A DNA stretch of 63,905 nucleotides, counting the filler, from Myxococcota bacterium (GTDB lineage Bacteria > Myxococcota_C > UBA6777): NCBI GenBank assembly GCA_023150835.1. It is 4 parts of 4 records of this genome, joined end to end, with 100 filler letters (N's around TTAATTAATTAA, not from the genome) between each part and the next. Parts side by side here need not be neighbours in the genome. Positions count along the whole stretch, not along the records: positions 53,370 to 63,905 come from JAKLKB010000176.1; 3 more parts are not named here. The stretch is one strand, 5' to 3'. The translations under genes were made by a program, and so were the position numbers. Every line of letters starts with the position of its first letter. The stretch's first letter is position 1. This document shows, piece by piece, positions 60,725-63,905 of the stretch. The notes under the pieces were generated by a model. That model was not told the DNA's origin and ran no database searches. It saw only the letters and a list, made by a program, of their open reading frames with translations.

Positions 60725-63223
60725 ATGTTGTTTCGATGGGTTGTATCGATTGTGTTGGTCGGGGCTTGGTTGGGAGCTTCGACGTCTTGTTATCTCGACC
60801 CAGACACCCAGTGTCTGGCCGACTCCGATTGCCGCACCAACTTCTTGTGCAAAAACAAGCGTTGCGTTTGTCCCGATCGACTCGAACAATGTGGTGTGGA
60901 TTGCGTCGATCTGAAAACCAATACGAACCATTGCGGCGCTTGCAACAACGTTTGCACAGGAAACACACCACGATGCGCCTGCCCAAAAGAAGATGCAAAA
61001 TGTGAAAAAGCCGGAGCCAAGGCCAGTTGCGCAGCGGGATGCCCCACAGGGCAAACGGATTGTGGAACCGAGTGTGTCGCGGATTTCGCCAACAGCAACG
61101 CACACTGCGGGCAGTGTGGGGAAGTTTGCTCAGCGGGATTTCAGTGTGGCAGAAACCCACAAAAAGACAAGATCATCGAGTGTATGTGTCCATCAGGGAC
61201 CGAAGATTGCGGCGGCGTCTGCGTCAACAAAAAGACCAACAAAGATCATTGTGGATCTTGCAACAATGCCTGCGCTGCCGGCCAAGTCTGCCTCAACAGC
61301 ACATGCTCGACCTGCCCCGCTGAACGACGATGCGGCTCGGAATGTCCCGACTTTACGAGCGATGCCGCCCATTGCGGAGAATGCGGAAAAAAATGCAACG
61401 CAGGCGAAGATTGCTGTGATAGCAAGTGCGTGAACCTCAAGACCGATACGACCTACTGTGGCTCTTGCACCACCAAATGCCGCGCCGATCAGATGTGCGA
61501 TGCCAACGCTTGCAAGTGCATGGGTAGCAAAGTGAATTGCCCTGCCCCTGTCGATGCTTGTGTGGATGTCTTGACGGATGCCAAAAACTGCGGTCAATGC
61601 GGAAAGATCTGTCCCCAAGACAGCCCCGTTTGCGTCGAGGGGATCTGCTGCAAAACGGGCGAAAAAGCCTGTGCTTCGGGCAGCGGAAAGATCTGCGCAG
61701 ACCTCAACAAAGACCCCGATAACTGCGGAACTTGCGGAACCTCTTGCAACGGGCAGATCTGCGACGGCATGACCTGTAAAAAATGCACCAGCGACAGCCA
61801 ATGCGCCAGCGGCCTAACGTGCGACAACGCAAGTGGACGTTGTTTGTGCGGTTCTGGCTGCAACTGGCTCAAGTCTTTGGGGACAAGCAAAGCCAGCGTC
61901 TGGACTTTGGGTGTAACAGTCAGCCCAAGCCAAGACGTGTATATCGGCGGCGAATTTTCTGGAACCATCCGCACCGAAAAAGGCGACACCTACGTATCGC
62001 AAGGAGCGGCCACCAACCTGTTTTTTGCGCGATTAGATTCGGCAGGCCGCCTCAAATGGTTCCGCTCCATTCAGATCACAGGAGCCACCGCAAACCCCGA
62101 AACCAAGCGCGTTCGAATGGCTGTCGGTTCCGACGAGCATCTGTACGTAGCGACCACTATTAGCGGAGCCAAAGATACAAAAGTCACGGTAGATGCAGGT
62201 GTTCCGCAACTCTCTTTGCGTGGAGGCTCGGATATCTTTGTTGGAAAGCTCGACAGCAACGGAAAGTGGTTGTGGGCGCTCTCGACAGGCGGAGCAGGCG
62301 AAGACTACGCAAGTGGCCTTGGCTTGGACGCCAACAACAACATCTATCTCGCTGGGCGTTTCCAAAAAACTGCGGCCTTCGGCACCACAACGCTGGTCGC
62401 CAAAGACAAAGCGGGAGCCGATATCACCTCGGGCTTTGCGTTGTTTGTGGCGCGGCTTGATCCCGCAGGGACGTTCACCAACGCGATCACCGCCAACGGA
62501 AAGGCCAACGTCGAAGCCCTTGTGGTGGATAACTCAGGAAACGCCTATATTACGGGACAATGCGAACATGAAACCAACTTTGGCCCAAACAAGGCGCAAA
62601 CCAACTTTACCAACTCCATCTATGTCGCCAAGCTCGGGGCAGATCTCCAGTTTTCGTGGGTACAAGCGGGCGTAGGCGGTGGACATGGAAAAGCCTTGGC
62701 TTTGCGTGCAGGGATCGGCGTCGAAGTCGCAGGAACTTACGCAGGATTTATCAAGTTCGGGGAAAAAGACTTACAAGAACCCCCCAAAGCTTCTGGACAG
62801 ACCATCGGTACAGGGTTTTTAGTCGCTCGTTTGCGCGAAGCCAACGGTCGCCTCGATTGGGTCGCCACGGGGCACAGCCTAGAAACCCAAGAAGTCCGCG
62901 ACCTCGCCCTCGATGCTTCGGGCGTTTCCTCTGTCGTCGTATTTGCAAAAGGCGACCTGATCGTCGGCACACAAACCTTCAAAAGCGAAGCCAAGCAAGA
63001 CAGCTTCATCGTCACACTCGATAGCCAAGGCTCTCCCCTCGCCAAGCAGTTCCTTTTGACCGGACCGAGCGACGATATCGCCACCGCCATCGCCATGGAC
63101 GCAGCAGGTAGCCTCTATGTCGTCGGCTACTTCGGCGACACCCTCAACCTCCGCCCATCCACTCCCCCTCTCAAGATCGATCCCGCCGGAACCATCGACA
63201 GTTTCTTCTGGAAAACCAAATAA
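60725..63223 (+). CDS. Cys-rich (Stig1-like repeat) lipoprotein with a C-terminal beta-propeller-like region
   Basis: Signal ending TSC; repeated CVDLxTxxxHCGxC; DxxGNxYxxG and DIFVxKLD repeats. Confidence 0.85.
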   Translation: MLFRWVVSIVLVGAWLGASTSCYLDPDTQCLADSDCRTNFLCKNKRCVCPDRLEQCGVDCVDLKTNTNHCGACNNVCTGNTPRCACPKEDAKCEKAGAKASCAAGCPTGQTDCGTECVADFANSNAHCGQCGEVCSAGFQCGRNPQKDKIIECMCPSGTEDCGGVCVNKKTNKDHCGSCNNACAAGQVCLNSTCSTCPAERRCGSECPDFTSDAAHCGECGKKCNAGEDCCDSKCVNLKTDTTYCGSCTTKCRADQMCDANACKCMGSKVNCPAPVDACVDVLTDAKNCGQCGKICPQDSPVCVEGICCKTGEKACASGSGKICADLNKDPDNCGTCGTSCNGQICDGMTCKKCTSDSQCASGLTCDNASGRCLCGSGCNWLKSLGTSKASVWTLGVTVSPSQDVYIGGEFSGTIRTEKGDTYVSQGAATNLFFARLDSAGRLKWFRSIQITGATANPETKRVRMAVGSDEHLYVATTISGAKDTKVTVDAGVPQLSLRGGSDIFVGKLDSNGKWLWALSTGGAGEDYASGLGLDANNNIYLAGRFQKTAAFGTTTLVAKDKAGADITSGFALFVARLDPAGTFTNAITANGKANVEALVVDNSGNAYITGQCEHETNFGPNKAQTNFTNSIYVAKLGADLQFSWVQAGVGGGHGKALALRAGIGVEVAGTYAGFIKFGEKDLQEPPKASGQTIGTGFLVARLREANGRLDWVATGHSLETQEVRDLALDASGVSSVVVFAKGDLIVGTQTFKSEAKQDSFIVTLDSQGSPLAKQFLLTGPSDDIATAIAMDAAGSLYVVGYFGDTLNLRPSTPPLKIDPAGTIDSFFWKTK

Positions 63224-63396
63224 AACGCAAATAGCTTGCAAAAGCACTTGACTCTACAAAAAGAACGTGGTGAAACGGGGCATCACTCCGTCATGACGAC
63301 TTGTGGCGGGATAACAAGCCTGTGGTGCGCCGTTGTTTCAAGGTAGAAAAAGACGTAGCAACGGGCGTTTCGATGGTAGAGAACAAGGAGAAAGCG

Positions 63397-63612
63397 ATGT
63401 TCAAAAAGCTGTGGATGGGTCTGGGTCTGGTCGTGGTGTTGTCGATGGTGGCGTGTGGAACACCCGATCCAACCTGCGCAAAAGGTGAAGTGGTCGTCAA
63501 AGAAAGCGGGAAGGCGATCTGCAAAAAGTCTTGTACAGCCGACACAGACTGCGCAACAGGCGAGATCTGCCACAAGGACGAAGCCCCCGCACATTGCGAC
63601 AAAAAAGACTAA
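63397..63612 (+). CDS. Small Cys-rich lipoprotein
   Basis: AAGGAG RBS, MFKKLW..VAC lipobox, CTADTDCATGEIC. Confidence 0.75.
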   Translation: MFKKLWMGLGLVVVLSMVACGTPDPTCAKGEVVVKESGKAICKKSCTADTDCATGEICHKDEAPAHCDKKD

Positions 63613-63660
63613 TACGAAATCCGCCCGCTGTGTGATCGTCAAGGTGTAGGGGCAATCGCG
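63613..63660. repeat. Family D left end directly after a stop codon
   Basis: TACGAAATCCGCCC..TGATCGT..GTAGGGGCA. Confidence 0.7.
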
Positions 63661-63770
63661 CTCCAACCCTCACCCCTGCCCTTCGCGACACCCCTCCCTG
63701 CGACGCTCGCAAAGCCTCGCTGCTGCCGCGAGGGGGAGGAAGGTAGAAAGTCTGAGCGCACAAAGAAACC

Positions 63771-63905
63771 CCGTACTTTCCGTACTTTCCGTACTTTCCG
63801 TACTTTCCGTACTTTCCGTACTTTCCGTACTTTCCGTACTTTCCGTACTTTCCGTACTTTCCGTACTTTCCGTACTTTCCGTACTTTCCGTACTTTCCGT
63901 ACTTT
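63771..63905. repeat. Perfect 9-bp tandem repeat (CCGTACTTT)x15, running off the window end
   Basis: Direct reading. Confidence 0.98.

Overview
This window is four concatenated contigs joined by artificial 100-nt N-TTAATTAATTAA-N linkers at 17985, 35651 and 53270, so linkage cannot be inferred across them. The organism is probably Myxococcota-like (several Ser/Thr kinases, a PEGA protein, Cys-rich lipoproteins, a MYXO-CTERM-like motif). Contig 1: NiFe-hydrogenase maturation genes hypF and hypCDEAB, split by an AT-richer island with three tandem Cys-rich paralogs, then two Ser/Thr kinases. Contig 2: peptide deformylase, a KDSR-like SDR, an ArnT-like glycosyltransferase, a LysR/oxidoreductase pair, a large Cys-rich protein, a lytic transglycosylase, a GCS2 ligase and a truncated SLC13 transporter. 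Contig 3: a complete N-type ATPase operon (atpDCQRBEFAG) interrupted by an internally deleted IS607 element, and a 2173-aa trypsin/Cys-rich/WD40 protein. Contig 4: a penicillin-acylase-family protein and a kinase-PEGA-Cys-rich operon. Intergenic space is crowded with at least four families of short, nested, REP-containing elements. One family sits directly after stop codons, one is read in frame inside atpR, and one targets a hairpin of another family. By eye, kb-scale G/T versus C/A strand skew flips at several of these elements. All family assignments come from motif recognition; no database search was run.
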